DNA of 64,000 bases from a virus (IMGVR_UViG_3300030330_006573:64001-128000); one strand, 5' to 3'. Counted from the stretch's first letter, positions 1 through 12,800 are shown. Made by a program: numbers and translations. Notes: generated by a model from the sequence alone, not told the origin.

Positions 1-2
1 GA

Positions 3-2207
3 ATGATTGATGCAGCAAACATATCATTACAAAAAAAAGATTCTGAAATAAACGCAGTATCGACAGAAATAACAAATTTAAGTAAATTAATAGATAAAGA
101 CATAGAAGGAATTCAAAAGGTTAGAAAAAATGTAGTTCAAACTGTAACTAATGTACCAGATGTATTAACAAAATTAAAAGATTTGTCTGGCATTACAATA
201 GATAGTACCGATCAGGTAATAAATGCGATTAATGCATTAGGATTCTCAGCGACTGACGTAGACAAGCTACAATCTCAAATACATGATTTGAAGGGTAGTG
301 GAGAATTGACCAAAGATCAATTAAATCTATTATCTCAATTAGAAGAAGCGATAATTAATGGCGCAGATGAAATAAGATCTTTTGCAGAAAAACAAAACTT
401 TAAAATGTTTACAGATAAATTTGTGAACATTACAAAGAATTTACAATTTTTAGATGAATCCATGGGCACCTTTAGGGGGATGGAAGAGCTAAGAGAAATG
501 GATACTAGACAGAGCGGGGCAAGCAGAGCTTTCAGGTCGATGCTTGAGCAGGACACTAAGCAAAAAAATCTTGAAACATTAATGGCAGACCCAACTGCCA
601 CAAGATCGGAAATTGCTTCTGCTAAAATAGCAGCAAGATCTCAGACTATTGGAACAGTTCAACAGAGAGATGAGCTTAAAAAACTTGATCAAGAAAGAGA
701 TCTTATTTTTAAGCAGGTTGCAGCATTAGGAAGAGACACAAATATAAGCGATGAAAAAAGAAATGAGGGGCTTGAGACTGCAAAGAAAAAACTAGAAGAA
801 ATTAACGAATCAATGGTTCAAGTTGCTGAAAAAATGACAAGAACTACTCCTAGGGATCAAGGAATTTTTACAGAAATAGGAACAAATCTACCTATGGGTC
901 TTGAAAAAGGGTTTGCTGATCTACAGTCGGAATCTGAGCAAATATATACAAGGCTTGGGGAGCAGTTGCCTTTCGCACTTAGAAATGGGTTAGTTGACGC
1001 AATGCAAGCGGCATTGGAAGGTGCTGATAACTTAGGTGATACATTAAAAGGAATAGGTATAGGATTCTTACAGATAATACAAAGAGCATTTCTTGAAAGT
1101 GCAGCGAGCAGAATAGTTGGCGTTATGGGTTTGAACTCTGGTGGAATGGTAACTGGAGGTAGCGGAGTCAGAGATGATGTGCCAGCAATGCTTACTGGTG
1201 GAGAATACGTCATAAAGAAAAGTTCCGTAGATAAGTATGGAATGGGATTTATGGATAAGTTGAACAGAGGAATGGTTCCAGGATATGCTGAAGGTGGAGC
1301 GGTTGATATGAATATCGGAGCACCAAGATCAGCTAAAAGAGAGTCTTTTGTTGATAAAAATAAATACGGAAATATAACTAGATACAAAGATCTAGAAAGT
1401 GAAATTGGAATAAATTCAAAACTTACTGGATTTGCTAGAGCTAATGATAGGAAAATACTGGAATATTTTAGGGAGCAAGAAAATCAATTCAGGGAAGACC
1501 TGGCTACAAAAGACCAAGAAAAACAAAGAGCAGAGACCAGGAAGAGAGTAAAAGAACAGCAGAAGAATGCATTAATAGGTGTTGTTGCTGGAATAGCTGG
1601 AGGTGCTTTGTTAAGTAAGGCTGTAGACTTGTATAAAGGAACTGACTTCGCCAAAAGACAGGCAGAAAAAAGAGCTGCAAAACAATTTAATAAACAATTT
1701 AATAGCGGAAAAGGATCATATACGAATAGAAGAGGAAGAACTGGATACGAAATAAGAGGACAAGAAAGAAGGCTTTTAAGGCAAGATATAGATAATTTCA
1801 AGGGTCAAGGAGCTACTGCTTCACAAATGAGGGAGTTTCTAAGTTCTCAGGATGTCCAATTTAGGATGGATAGAATTGGAGTGGATGATTACGAGGTAAC
1901 TCTTAACAGAGGCGGAAGAGTTCCAACAATGCTTACTGGCGGGGAATACATAATGAGCCCGAAAGCAGTAAGGAAGCATGGGTCTGCAATGATGAATAGT
2001 ATAAACAACGGAACCTATGCAGGAGGACAAGGTTCTGGACCTACAGTATCTCATGGAGATGTAAATATTTCTATAAATGTTGATAATAATGGTATGTCAT
2101 CAGAAGGCGGAAATCAATTGAATACAAAGGAATTTTCATCAAAGGTAAAGGCAGCAGTAATGCAGGTAATTAATCAAGAAAAGAGGGTTGGAGGATCATT
2201 AAGGTGA
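3..2207 (+). CDS. Tail tape measure protein, C-terminal part (probably truncated by the window start)
   Basis: Long helical/coiled-coil sequence; two copies of the TMP C-terminal motif (GGSGVRDDVPAMLTGGEYVI; GGRVPTMLTGGEYIM); C-terminus AAVMQVINQEKRVGGSLR resembles lambda gpH-type ends; lies upstream of minor tail genes. Confidence 0.9.
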   Translation: MIDAANISLQKKDSEINAVSTEITNLSKLIDKDIEGIQKVRKNVVQTVTNVPDVLTKLKDLSGITIDSTDQVINAINALGFSATDVDKLQSQIHDLKGSGELTKDQLNLLSQLEEAIINGADEIRSFAEKQNFKMFTDKFVNITKNLQFLDESMGTFRGMEELREMDTRQSGASRAFRSMLEQDTKQKNLETLMADPTATRSEIASAKIAARSQTIGTVQQRDELKKLDQERDLIFKQVAALGRDTNISDEKRNEGLETAKKKLEEINESMVQVAEKMTRTTPRDQGIFTEIGTNLPMGLEKGFADLQSESEQIYTRLGEQLPFALRNGLVDAMQAALEGADNLGDTLKGIGIGFLQIIQRAFLESAASRIVGVMGLNSGGMVTGGSGVRDDVPAMLTGGEYVIKKSSVDKYGMGFMDKLNRGMVPGYAEGGAVDMNIGAPRSAKRESFVDKNKYGNITRYKDLESEIGINSKLTGFARANDRKILEYFREQENQFREDLATKDQEKQRAETRKRVKEQQKNALIGVVAGIAGGALLSKAVDLYKGTDFAKRQAEKRAAKQFNKQFNSGKGSYTNRRGRTGYEIRGQERRLLRQDIDNFKGQGATASQMREFLSSQDVQFRMDRIGVDDYEVTLNRGGRVPTMLTGGEYIMSPKAVRKHGSAMMNSINNGTYAGGQGSGPTVSHGDVNISINVDNNGMSSEGGNQLNTKEFSSKVKAAVMQVINQEKRVGGSLR

Positions 2208-2210
2208 TAG

Positions 2211-3038
2211 ATGAAAGATTTATTGTACAGTGAGGACAATAGCTTCTTTATAGATGGTCTTAAGATATCTGGAGTTCAATCTGTAAATGGAAGTTATAAC
2301 ATATCTAGCCAAGATAATGTTTTTCTTGGTTATGCAGGTGATCCAGAATTTATACAAAATGCGCCAGCGAGCGCATCTTTTTCTTTTGAAAGAGCATTAA
2401 TGTCTAGTGATGAGCCTATCACTAATTTAATAGCAGATACTGGATTTAATGGCGGAATAGAATATAACGGAAGAGTTTTAAACTTTACAAGCGGATATTT
2501 GGATTCTTATTCTGTAAACTTCTCTATAGACTCTTTACCTCAAAGCTCAATTAATATATCTGTTTACGGAGAGATGGGGCCTCATGTTTCCTCACAAACC
2601 CCAAAACCAAATCAAACGGAATTTATAATTCCAACGAGTAGCGGAATATCCCTAACTTGTGACGGAAGAGAGACTAATAGGGTTAGGAATTTTTCTTTTT
2701 CAATAAATCCGTCAAGAGAGCCTATTTATAAAATTGGTTCAATATTTCCATGCGAAGTTGCATTCATGACTCCAATAAGTAATTCATTTTCTGTAGAGAT
2801 AGATGTTGATGATTATGAAACTAGAAATTTGTATGATTATATAAGAACTGGAATACATACTAAAAATATAGAAGTTGTAGTAAAGGATCAATGTGATCAA
2901 TCAAAGAGTATCACTTATGATTTTAAAAAATTTAATTTAATTGGAGAAAACTTTTCAACAGATAGTGAGAATAATACAACAGTAAGGCTTGATTATGCAA
3001 TGAATTCTCATTCTCCGCCTCAAATAACATATACATGA
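2211..3038 (+). CDS. Putative tail tube-like / tail structural protein
   Basis: Beta-rich pattern (GVQSVNGSYN; GYLDSYSVNFS; FSFSINPSREPIYKIG); position after TMP; resembles 3035..3799 and 19801..20964. Confidence 0.55.
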   Translation: MKDLLYSEDNSFFIDGLKISGVQSVNGSYNISSQDNVFLGYAGDPEFIQNAPASASFSFERALMSSDEPITNLIADTGFNGGIEYNGRVLNFTSGYLDSYSVNFSIDSLPQSSINISVYGEMGPHVSSQTPKPNQTEFIIPTSSGISLTCDGRETNRVRNFSFSINPSREPIYKIGSIFPCEVAFMTPISNSFSVEIDVDDYETRNLYDYIRTGIHTKNIEVVVKDQCDQSKSITYDFKKFNLIGENFSTDSENNTTVRLDYAMNSHSPPQITYT

Positions 3039-3799
3039 GCAAGTATGTAAAATATAACGAATGTGAGGTAAAGATAAATGACGAAAACGTTTTTGCCTTA
3101 AATGCATCGCTTTCAGCAAGATCTAATTCTGATGCTAATATTCTTTATGGGGGAGCTGTAGATTCATACTCTTCAGCCGTAGAAAGCCAAGCAGAGGTAT
3201 CTTTCGAGTATTATATTACTGGTGAGATAGATAATATTAGAACATTAACGGGCGACATTTCTTGTTCTGGAGAGTTTGGAGGTATAAAATTTTCTGGAGC
3301 TTATCTAAATAATTATTCAGTTACAATAAGGCCATACTTGCCTATATCATTTAATGCATCTTTCGCCATTTTTAGTGGATATCAAGACACTCTTTCAACA
3401 GGTTCTTTTACTTCTGATTCACTAGAGCTTGCAAATGGAGCGCATACCTCGTTGACAAACATAACAAGTTCAAATGTAGGAATGGACAACCCTCAAGAGA
3501 TTAACTACTCGATAAATTGCCTTAGGCAAGGGAACTATGTTATAGGCGAAGAGTTTCCTCAAGATGTGAGGTTTGGAAGTGTAGAAAAAAAACTATCACT
3601 AAAAGGAGAGGATATCGGGCCTTTGATAAATTTTTCTGGAAAAGATTTTGCAAAAATAAGCATACAGCCAAGAACACACAATAACACATCAAGAGGTCAG
3701 TTAATTGAGTGCGAAGGAATAATTAACTCTCAATCATTGAATGTTTCTAAAAATGGAATGGTTAATGGAGATATTGAAATAATCGAAAGGGTTAGATAG
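3035..3799 (+). CDS. Putative tail tube-like / tail structural protein
   Basis: GAYLNNYSV and YSINCLRQGNYVIG parallel motifs in the preceding ORF; ATGA coupling. Confidence 0.5.
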   Translation: MSKYVKYNECEVKINDENVFALNASLSARSNSDANILYGGAVDSYSSAVESQAEVSFEYYITGEIDNIRTLTGDISCSGEFGGIKFSGAYLNNYSVTIRPYLPISFNASFAIFSGYQDTLSTGSFTSDSLELANGAHTSLTNITSSNVGMDNPQEINYSINCLRQGNYVIGEEFPQDVRFGSVEKKLSLKGEDIGPLINFSGKDFAKISIQPRTHNNTSRGQLIECEGIINSQSLNVSKNGMVNGDIEIIERVR

Positions 3800-4779
3800 T
3801 GAGTTGTAATTACACATTCAATAGCGGTAATTTTCATAATCTAGAAAAGGATTATTATAGTGAGGTTACAAATGCTGGTGGAGGAAAATATAATACTTAT
3901 GCAGACTTTGTTTCGGGATCAAAATCAGATGGAGTTTTAAGTGATTTTGAATATGAAACTCCTTTTAATTTTGTTCCTTCTTATGGATCTTCAGTAAGTA
4001 TAAATTTCATAAGCGAAATTATGGAATACGGAGATGGCTATGTAAGAAATGTGCCAAGGGGTCTAAATAGAATTTTGTTTTCAATGTCATTAGATTTTAA
4101 CGATAGATCAAATGACGAATCTGAAAATATTGTAGATTATATTTCTGAAAGGAAGGGGTCTAATAAATTTCCTTTTCAAATAAAACCAAAATCAAACTAC
4201 TCATCAAGCGAAAGTTATAAATCATTATATTCATTAAAACCTTATTTTGTTCAAGAATTTTTATGTCAACAAGCTCCAATTAATATTGTTTATACAGATA
4301 ACAACTCAATTAGTTTAGATTTTTTAAACGATGAATTTTCGGCATTAAATATAAAAAGTATTTTATATGTAGAATCAATGCCTGCGGAAGAAAAAAGTAT
4401 AATAGATGAGTATAGACAAAAATATGTTTTAGATATAGAACCGTCTGTTTCTTTATCTAGAGATATATCCTTGCGAAATCAATCTTTTCAAAATAATCAA
4501 TCAAAATCTTTTTTTGCTCCAGATGGAGAGAATATAAGAAAAGAAGCTTTAAGATTAAATTTTGAAAAAATAGATGATACTAAGTTATTAAAGCTTTTAT
4601 CATTTTTTATACATAAGCAAGCGGTTGAATCTTTTACTTTTACAGTCAAAAAACCTTCAGAGAGAACGGCGGAATTTATGTGTGACGCAATAGAACACAC
4701 CTATCTTTATAAAGGTGTCCACAGTCTCTCAGTCTCAATATATGAAGTCCCAGTTAAAAAGAGGTTTATTAAATGTTAA
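3799..4779 (+). CDS. Minor tail protein, lambda gpM-like (distal tail), apparently two domains
   Basis: EYGDGYVRNVPRGLN matches the gpM FGDGY..GLN motif; second half repeats the layout (PDGEN..LRLNFE..ESFTFT); synteny. Confidence 0.75.
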   Translation: MSCNYTFNSGNFHNLEKDYYSEVTNAGGGKYNTYADFVSGSKSDGVLSDFEYETPFNFVPSYGSSVSINFISEIMEYGDGYVRNVPRGLNRILFSMSLDFNDRSNDESENIVDYISERKGSNKFPFQIKPKSNYSSSESYKSLYSLKPYFVQEFLCQQAPINIVYTDNNSISLDFLNDEFSALNIKSILYVESMPAEEKSIIDEYRQKYVLDIEPSVSLSRDISLRNQSFQNNQSKSFFAPDGENIRKEALRLNFEKIDDTKLLKLLSFFIHKQAVESFTFTVKKPSERTAEFMCDAIEHTYLYKGVHSLSVSIYEVPVKKRFIKC

Positions 4780-4807
4780 TTTTTCTTAATTAATTTATTA
4801 TAGTAGG

Positions 4808-5716
4808 GTGAGCTTTCAAAAAACAGAATGTATAAATAAGGAGTTGTTTTCTCAAAATTCTTCAGAGGAAATAGTGCTTTTTGAAATATCGAATATTGCA
4901 AACACATCTGATATAATAAGGTTTCATGGAGGCTCAAATGCGATAAAGGATTCGTTAGTCTTTGATTCATTGGAATATTTTTTTATACCAAATAGCATTG
5001 AGGGCTTAGAAGACAGAAATGACGGCTCTCTAGCTAGGCCAACATTAGATCTAATAAATATTGATGGATTCTTTAGCAAGTATATAATTGACAAAGATGA
5101 TCTAATAGGAGCAGACGTTAAAATAATAAGAACCTTTTTAAGGTTTTTAGATGCGGTTAATTTTTTAAACTACTCTTCTGATACTGAATTTTGGAATCAA
5201 ATGGGAGTAAACCCTGACCCAAATTCAAAACTAAAAGATCAAATTTTTATAATAAATCAAAAAATTACTGAAAATAAAAATTTAATTAAATATGAGTTGT
5301 CAAGCCCTTTAGATCTTGAAAATGTAAGTATTCCAAAAAGGCAAATTATAAATAATTATTGTGCATGGAAGTATAGAGGCAAAGGTTGCTTTTACTCTGG
5401 TGACCCAAAGGCAGATTCTAACAATGCCGTATTTACTGGAACTTTAAATAATAGGGGAGAATGGGTCGAAGGCATATCTTATTCAAAGAATGATTTTGTA
5501 TTTGTCTCTATAAAAGATGGAAATAAGACTAGGAAAGTGTTTTATGTTTGCATAACCGCTAACACTTCTGACGGAGATAATAAGCCAACTGTTAATTCAA
5601 AAGTTTGGGCTCAAGACTCTTGCTCTAAAAGCTTAAAGGGTTGCAAGCTTAGGTATACTGGAGAGAAAAACGATCACTTACCATTTGGTGGATTTCCAGG
5701 GAGTAGACTTTTTTAA
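4808..5716 (+). CDS. Minor tail protein L (gpL-like, Fe-S cluster cysteines)
   Basis: ARPTL; NYCAWKYRGKGCFY; DSCSKSLKGCKLRY; LPFGGFPG C-terminal signature. Confidence 0.92.
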   Translation: MSFQKTECINKELFSQNSSEEIVLFEISNIANTSDIIRFHGGSNAIKDSLVFDSLEYFFIPNSIEGLEDRNDGSLARPTLDLINIDGFFSKYIIDKDDLIGADVKIIRTFLRFLDAVNFLNYSSDTEFWNQMGVNPDPNSKLKDQIFIINQKITENKNLIKYELSSPLDLENVSIPKRQIINNYCAWKYRGKGCFYSGDPKADSNNAVFTGTLNNRGEWVEGISYSKNDFVFVSIKDGNKTRKVFYVCITANTSDGDNKPTVNSKVWAQDSCSKSLKGCKLRYTGEKNDHLPFGGFPGSRLF

Positions 5717-6099
5717 TGAAAAAAGAAATAGAAAGTATATGCAAAGAAGAGTCGCATAAAGAATCTTGTGGCTTTATACTAATGAGCGGAGATAAATTTG
5801 AAATTGTAAAATGTAATAATGTATCAACACATCCAGAATCGTCTTTTGAGATAAGTTATAAAGATTTAACAAAATATTTAATGAATCAAAAAATGGTAGC
5901 AATTTTTCATTCTCACATAAATACTGATGAGAAATTTTCGGAAAAAGATGTTAAAATATCAGAGGAATTAATGTTTCCATTTTGGGTATATAGCTCAAAA
6001 ACAAAAAAACATAATGTATATATTCCCAAAAATTTACATAACAAGAAAAACATAAAAAACTTTTGTAAAAAAGTACGCACTTACAAGTGTAATATTTAA
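5716..6099 (+). CDS. gpK-like JAB/MPN metalloprotease domain protein (no NlpC/P60 domain)
   Basis: ESCGFI and FHSHINTDEKFSEKD (HxH..S..D JAMM motif); between gpL and gpI. Confidence 0.85.
   Translation: MKKEIESICKEESHKESCGFILMSGDKFEIVKCNNVSTHPESSFEISYKDLTKYLMNQKMVAIFHSHINTDEKFSEKDVKISEELMFPFWVYSSKTKKHNVYIPKNLHNKKNIKNFCKKVRTYKCNI
6087..6092 (+). promoter_or_regulatory. GTGTAA motif upstream of gpI-like gene
   Basis: AAGTGTAATATTT, 19 nt before ATG 6112. Confidence 0.5.
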
Positions 6100-6111
6100 A
6101 GGGATAAGGTT

Positions 6112-6843
6112 ATGATAAAGGTATTTTTACATGGAAATCTAGGAAGAACTTTTGGAAGAAAGTGGGAGCTTGATGCGGAAACGCCAATAGAAGTATTTAA
6201 AGGCATAGATGCCAATGTAGATGGATTTATTAAATATTTAGCTCAAAAAGATAAAGAGGGAATAGCATACAGAATATTTTTTGATGAAAAGCCTATAAAA
6301 AATAAAGAGCTTGAGATCAATATTACAAAAAAAGAAAAGATGCATGTATTTCCAGTAGTAGCTGGATCTGATACTCAAATGGCCCAAGATATGAGAGCTT
6401 ATGGGGCATATGGAGTAGTTGGTGGATGGGGACTAAATTGGATTGGCGGATGGTTGTCAGGGTTCGATAATGCGTTTGCTCAATTGGGAGGAGCAGCTCT
6501 TAGTTTTATAGGAGATATATCTATGGAAGTAGGGGGAGCGCTTCTGGTACAAGGGTTGATTGGAGCACTTCAGGATGAGCCTGAAGAACCTAAGACTCCA
6601 GATGCTGCAAAAGGATTGGAATCAACAACATCTTTCACTTTTTCAAATCCAGCAAATAATGTTATTCAGGGAGCTAGAGTTCCAATAGGATACGGAAGGT
6701 TGAGGGTGGGGAGCCATGTTATATCATCATCTGTACTTAATACAAGACTGGTTAATTTTAATAAGATTGAAGTAGAGAAAAATACATCAACAACCCCAGG
6801 AGCACCAGATGAGGTAGCTGCGTTAGTAGTAGATAATACTTAA
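6112..6843 (+). CDS. Tail assembly protein I (gpI-like)
   Basis: IKVFLHGNLGRTFG N-terminus; ubiquitin-like region ending HVFPVVAG; hydrophobic Gly-rich middle; QGARVPIGYGRLRVGSHVIS. Confidence 0.88.
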   Translation: MIKVFLHGNLGRTFGRKWELDAETPIEVFKGIDANVDGFIKYLAQKDKEGIAYRIFFDEKPIKNKELEINITKKEKMHVFPVVAGSDTQMAQDMRAYGAYGVVGGWGLNWIGGWLSGFDNAFAQLGGAALSFIGDISMEVGGALLVQGLIGALQDEPEEPKTPDAAKGLESTTSFTFSNPANNVIQGARVPIGYGRLRVGSHVISSSVLNTRLVNFNKIEVEKNTSTTPGAPDEVAALVVDNT

Positions 6844-6846
6844 GAT

Positions 6847-9800
6847 ATGCCAGTTCAAATAAATGCTCATTCAAGCGGGATTACTCCAAGAATATTTTTT
6901 AGAGATGTAACTGGGGTATATTCTCCGTTACTAATAGACAAAGAAAAACTTGAGTCAAACTCTTTCTTTAAAGTAGTTGATTTAGTTTCAGAGGGTCCTA
7001 TAGAGGGGTTTGTAGATTATACTGGAAAACTCGTTTCTGGAACAGAAATATTAAAAGGCATTTATATAAATGACGTGCCAGTTATGACCACTGATCGTGG
7101 GGTTAATGATGGTCAGTTTAACTATAGAAATATATCTGTAGCATACAAAAATGGACTTAGCGGTCAATCTGGATTTTATACTGGTCAAACAGATAATTTT
7201 TATTGGCTTGAAGATTTTTCTTACACATCTAAGTCTCTATCAAAAGGGCAAGAATTATTTAATGCAAAAAGACTTGAGTCCACAACTGTTAATAAGTTTT
7301 ATATAGGCAATCACTCTGTTCTCGATGAAGATGTGGATTGGCTGGGTTTAACAGTTGGGATAAACTCTTGCTATTCCATAACTGATGACGGTTCTCAAAC
7401 TGGTAATGTAGGAAAGTTGCATATATGGGGAGACTTTACTGGAGTAACCCACAGAAGTCTTGAAGAAAGAACCGTAATTCCAGTACCAGACGACAGCATC
7501 AACGATCATAATGTTTTTGTTAGTGTTTCTGGGTTGGCTAATAATAAATACAGAGAAGATATCTTTTTAAAACTTAAAGATCTAGACGGCAAAAGGCCCA
7601 GAAAAATATATATAGAAAACTTAACAGAAGAAAGAGAAAACTTTAGGAACCATTTTTCAGCTAGTTTTGATGGCGTAACTGAGATTGTAGATTCAAATCT
7701 ATCTTACCCTAATTCAGCATATATAGGAATGGTACTTTCTGCGGAAAACTTAGGATCAATACCTACTAGAACATTTGATTTAAAATTAAAAAAAGTAAAA
7801 GTTCCTTCTAATTACGAGGACTTAGGAGAAGGTCCAGATGGGCCAATAAGAGAGAATAGACATGTAGGTACATGGAATGGTACATTTAAGAGTGAGCTAG
7901 AGTGGACAGATAATCCAGCATGGATTTTGTATGATTTAATTACAAATGATAGGTATGGACTAGGAGAGCACATAGAGGAAATAAAAATAGACAAATTCCA
8001 ATTGTATAAAATTGCAAAAATATGCGATGAATTGGTGAGCACTTCTAAAGCTGGGCAGTCGCAGAAGTTTGTGCAAGAAAGAAGGTATACTTGCAATCTT
8101 TATTTGGAAAACCAAATGGATGCATACAAAGCTATTAATGAAATAGCTTCTGTTTTTAGAGGCATTGCTTATTTCAACTCTAGTGAAATATTCATTTCTC
8201 AAAACAATTTAAAAGAATCTATATTTTCTTTCACAAATGATAGCGTTAAAGATGGAAGTTTTTCATATGCTGGAGCTGCTAAACAGGCAAGATTTACAGC
8301 AGTCAAAGTTGCATATAAAGACAAGGATGATTCATATTTGCCTAAGTATGAATATGTAGAAGATCCAGAAGGAATAATAAGATATGGCTTAATTGAAAAA
8401 GAACTTACTGCTGTAGGTTGTACCTCTAGGGATCAAGCCTTAAGGTTGGGAAGGTGGGTCTTGTTTACTTCAGCAAGAGAAGAAGAGACTGTTACATTCG
8501 TAACTGATGCAAGTGCTGAATACTTGCAACCAGGAGATGTCTTTACTGTTTCGGATAGTTTAAGAAATGGAATAAAAACTGGCGGAAGAATTAAAAATAT
8601 AGTAAATGACAAAAGTGCAGTAAATGAAAATTTCATATTGCTAGATCAACAACTTGATACTGGAAATTATAATTTTACAAGTATTAGTTTTTTGATACCT
8701 AGTCAAGACTATACAAGCACCTCATCAGACACTGACCAATTCAAGGAGTTTGTACATAGAAACGGAGTAAACATAGGTGCAGCCGACGATGGAGACAGGT
8801 CTTCTTTAGTTTCAATTCCAATCGATTCAGAATCGTCTAGTAATACTAGCTTAAATAATTATATAGAAAATACAAGCTCTGGAGCAAAGATATTAACAGA
8901 TGAGTTAGAAGATTTAATATTAAGAGAGGCTATATCTGGATCATTTATAAACGGATCTGCTGGACACAAAACATTCAATGATTATTTTTTGAATAGTGGA
9001 GTACTAAGGAATATAAGAGATGGCGCTGATAGATATACAAATACAGAAAAAATTAAAGAGGGTTTTGTATATATATTAAATGGTAGTGGAGATGGCGCAG
9101 GATGCTCTACATTACATTCAAAAGATTACTCTTTAATAAGAAAAAGCAAAGAGGAAGATGGGTCTTATAGCATAATAGGTGCGGAATATAGTTCTGGAAA
9201 ATTTGGAGATTCTGATAACCTTTCTACTGTATATACTGAAACTACATTTGATGCAGAACCCACTAATCAATCTAGGACAGCTATTGATGAGCCTGTTACT
9301 ACTGGAAGAAAGACTCCAGAAGATATTATTCCTCAGTTACCTATTTTCGGGTTTCCAGAAGAAAATACTGTAGATCTAATTGTAAGACCTTCGGGTTTTA
9401 TTAATACTCAAGGGCAATCTAGGTCAAAAGTATTTTATTATTTTCACAACACAGAAGAAAATGAGAGATATTATAATCCAGCATTTTCAAGTGATGCAAG
9501 GTATGAAATTAGAGTAAGAGAAGTAGATCCAACTTATTATGGAAATTTATTATCAACTCAAATATCTACAGAAAATGTTTTACAGTCAGGTCAGTATATA
9601 GTATCTGGACTTCAAGACTGCTCATCATATCAAGTTTTGTATGATATACCTGCTGGAGCATCAATAGATAATAAAGCTGAAATTGGAGGAAGGAATAAAA
9701 AACAATTATCTTTATCAAATTATCAAGACGGAGAATTTAGAGATGATGTAAAAGTAGTTAGGTCTAGAATAATGCAGGAAACTGGGTCGGTTGCCCTGAA

Positions 9801-12800
9801 TGGTTGCGAGGTATTTGGAATATCTTACGATAACTTAATTACTGGAAATGTTTTATCTGGAGAGTTTGAAGTATTAAATCCAAACTCGTTTTATGAACTA
9901 AGATGGAGCGAAGCTAATAACTTCGGAAGCAGTCCTGAAAAAATAATGTTCTTTAGAGGGGCGATTGACGATATACCACCAGGCCCATGCTCTAGCTTTC
10001 AGGTAAAAAGGATTTTTGATAATATTCATTTTAATTGGGACAATCCTACAGATATTGATTTTAGCCATGCAAGAATATATACTGGTCAAAAAGATGATAC
10101 TCCTCCACCTGACATAGATTCTTTTTTAATTAAATCTGATTCTAATTTTGCAGTACAACCTTTAGATCAAACAGACGGAAGAGGCTTGCCATTAGATCTC
10201 GCAGATGGAAATTTTCACATAAGGGCTGTAGATTTTGCTGGTAACACTGGGATTGCAATAGATTCTAATCAATTAACAATATCAAGCATAGGCAATGCAC
10301 CGTCTCTTCATTTGAGCGGAGATATAAAGGTAGGAACTGATGGCACTCAAAACTCTTATCTTGCAATTTTTTATTCTGGAGATTTTAATTTTGATGAAGA
10401 TTTTAAAGAATATCAAATTGAAGTAAGAAAAGACGGATCTAGTTTTGTTGAAAAATATTCTTTCCCAAGAGTGGATAATGACCCGCCAAGTTCTGGTAGG
10501 TTTGATTTCTTGGCTCAAGGAGGTTCTGTTTATAATGTTAGAGCAAGACACTCCGACATACAGGGAAATTTAAGCCCAGAAGCGAACGAAACTTTTACAG
10601 TTCCTTTCGATGAGACTGCTCCTGGTAGACCTACATGGGTAAGCTCAGATAAGAATGGAAGTAATTTATTTTTATCTTGGAACAATCCATCAGATTCTGA
10701 TTTAGATAGAATTTTATTGTATTCAGGAGACTCAAATTCAAGTGGGGATGCGGCAATTCATCAAGAATCGAGGTTTACTTCAGAAGTAATACCACTAAGG
10801 GATTTTGCTGGAAGCTCTGAGAGAGATTTATATTTCTGGTTGAGAGCTGTAGATACATCAAATAATACTGGAGAATTTAGTGTTGGTGATGGCGGAGCAC
10901 CTGATCACGGACAACAAATACTAGTTAGACCTCCTGATGTTCTTAGTAGGGACATAATAAGCTTTGTAAGCGGTATAGAAAATGATGAGAATGGAGACGG
11001 AGCATCTTCTGCATTTATAAATTATAAAATAGAAGATGATACAGATTTCACTCAGAATGTTTATAAGGTAGATATATCTAAAAATTCAAGCTTCAATCCG
11101 TTGGTCGCAAGTCATGTATCTAGTATAGAATATGGCGATTCTACCATGACTGGTAGTGGAAATTTTCCAGGGTTGTTATGCAATCAAGATTATTTTATAA
11201 GATTTAGAGTTCAATCCACAGATCACAGCTATAGTCCATATCAATTTCCTGTTGCATCTCTTTTTCCATTAAGAACTCCCAAAGATAGCACTTTACCTAA
11301 AAATCCCGATGCATTCACAATAACATCTGGACCTAAACAAAATTTCTTAGAATGGAATTGGGGCAATGGTATATCTAGGGATATAGATAGTATATTAGTA
11401 TATAAAACAGGAATACCTACGGGAAGACTTAACGAAACTTCTTCGCAAAATAAATACTGTTGGGAGATATCTGATATAAGTGGATATTTTGAAACTTACG
11501 AAGATGCATATTCTTACAAATTAAATCCTGGAACTGCATTCATAGACAATGATGTAGAAACTGGAATATTTTCTGGATTTGGAGTAGATTCATCAGATCA
11601 AAATCAAGAACCGAAACAAACAGTTTACTATCACTACTTACTTAAAACTGTAGATAGATCAAACAATACTGGGATAGGGTTTGTGTCTGGAATATCTTCT
11701 TCTCCACATTCAGATATTGCATCTTTAAATTATGGAGCAGCTGGTCATACTCAAGGATATGTGACTGGAGGAGGTATAGATGATAGTTATATTGAAAATG
11801 TTAGAGCTGGAAAGATTTTAACTGACAGAATTACATCTAATACATTTATTTTAGCAAATCCAAGTGGAAGGATAGTTAGCGATAATGTTTTTGCACTTGG
11901 AACTAGTGATCCAGATAACATGTTCGGTCTAGGAACTGGATTGTATATAGATCACAATAAGTTCAGAATAGGAGATCCAGGTCAGGGCGGACAAGGCATG
12001 TTCTTTACTGGAGATGCGGATGGAGATGGAAATACAGATACTCTTGAGATAAGAGGAGAGTTTAATGCTGGAACGATTACAATAGGAGAAAGCTCGACAC
12101 AACAGTTGAAGGTAACTTCGGAGGGGCAGCTTAGTATTGGAGATCAAAGTTTAAACGTGTCAGGTTATTTTACTGGAAATCTCGGAAACTCTGGAGATGC
12201 ATTACCTGTAAAACTTCAATTAAACTTAGATGAATATGCGACGCTCCCAAAATCTGAGTTTGCGGAGACCATTAGGAGAATAGATGAAGCTGCAGACGGA
12301 GGCGGATTTTTGGAAATAAATTACTGGGTAAGAGATGATTCAGAAGGAAACCCAGTATACACCCAAGAAGTAAGAGGGTTAACTCAAGGTCAATTTGAAT
12401 ACACGGAAAATCTTATTCCTCCTCCTACATTAAACTACGAAGCAATAGGAAGTAAGTCTAGGTTTGGTGAAGTATTTGTAAATAGTCCAGTGATAGGTCC
12501 GCCTGAATCACATACAGGAGCAGGTGTTTATACCACAGATCTACCTGCTTCAGAAAAACGCAAAAGAGATTGGTGGAGAATTGTAGATGTAAAATTCCTA
12601 GTAACAAAGGATGGTAGATTGTTTGCTCAAAATGCATCAATAGCTGGAACAGTAACAGCTAATAGCTTTGAGCCAAGGCAAACATTAATACTTGGGGATG
12701 AAACAAATCCTGGCGACTCTATAATTAAAAGTTTTATTTTTAATAATGCCGCATGTGGAGTCTCGCAACCTTCAGGGTTTGAGATAAGAGGGGATGGTAG

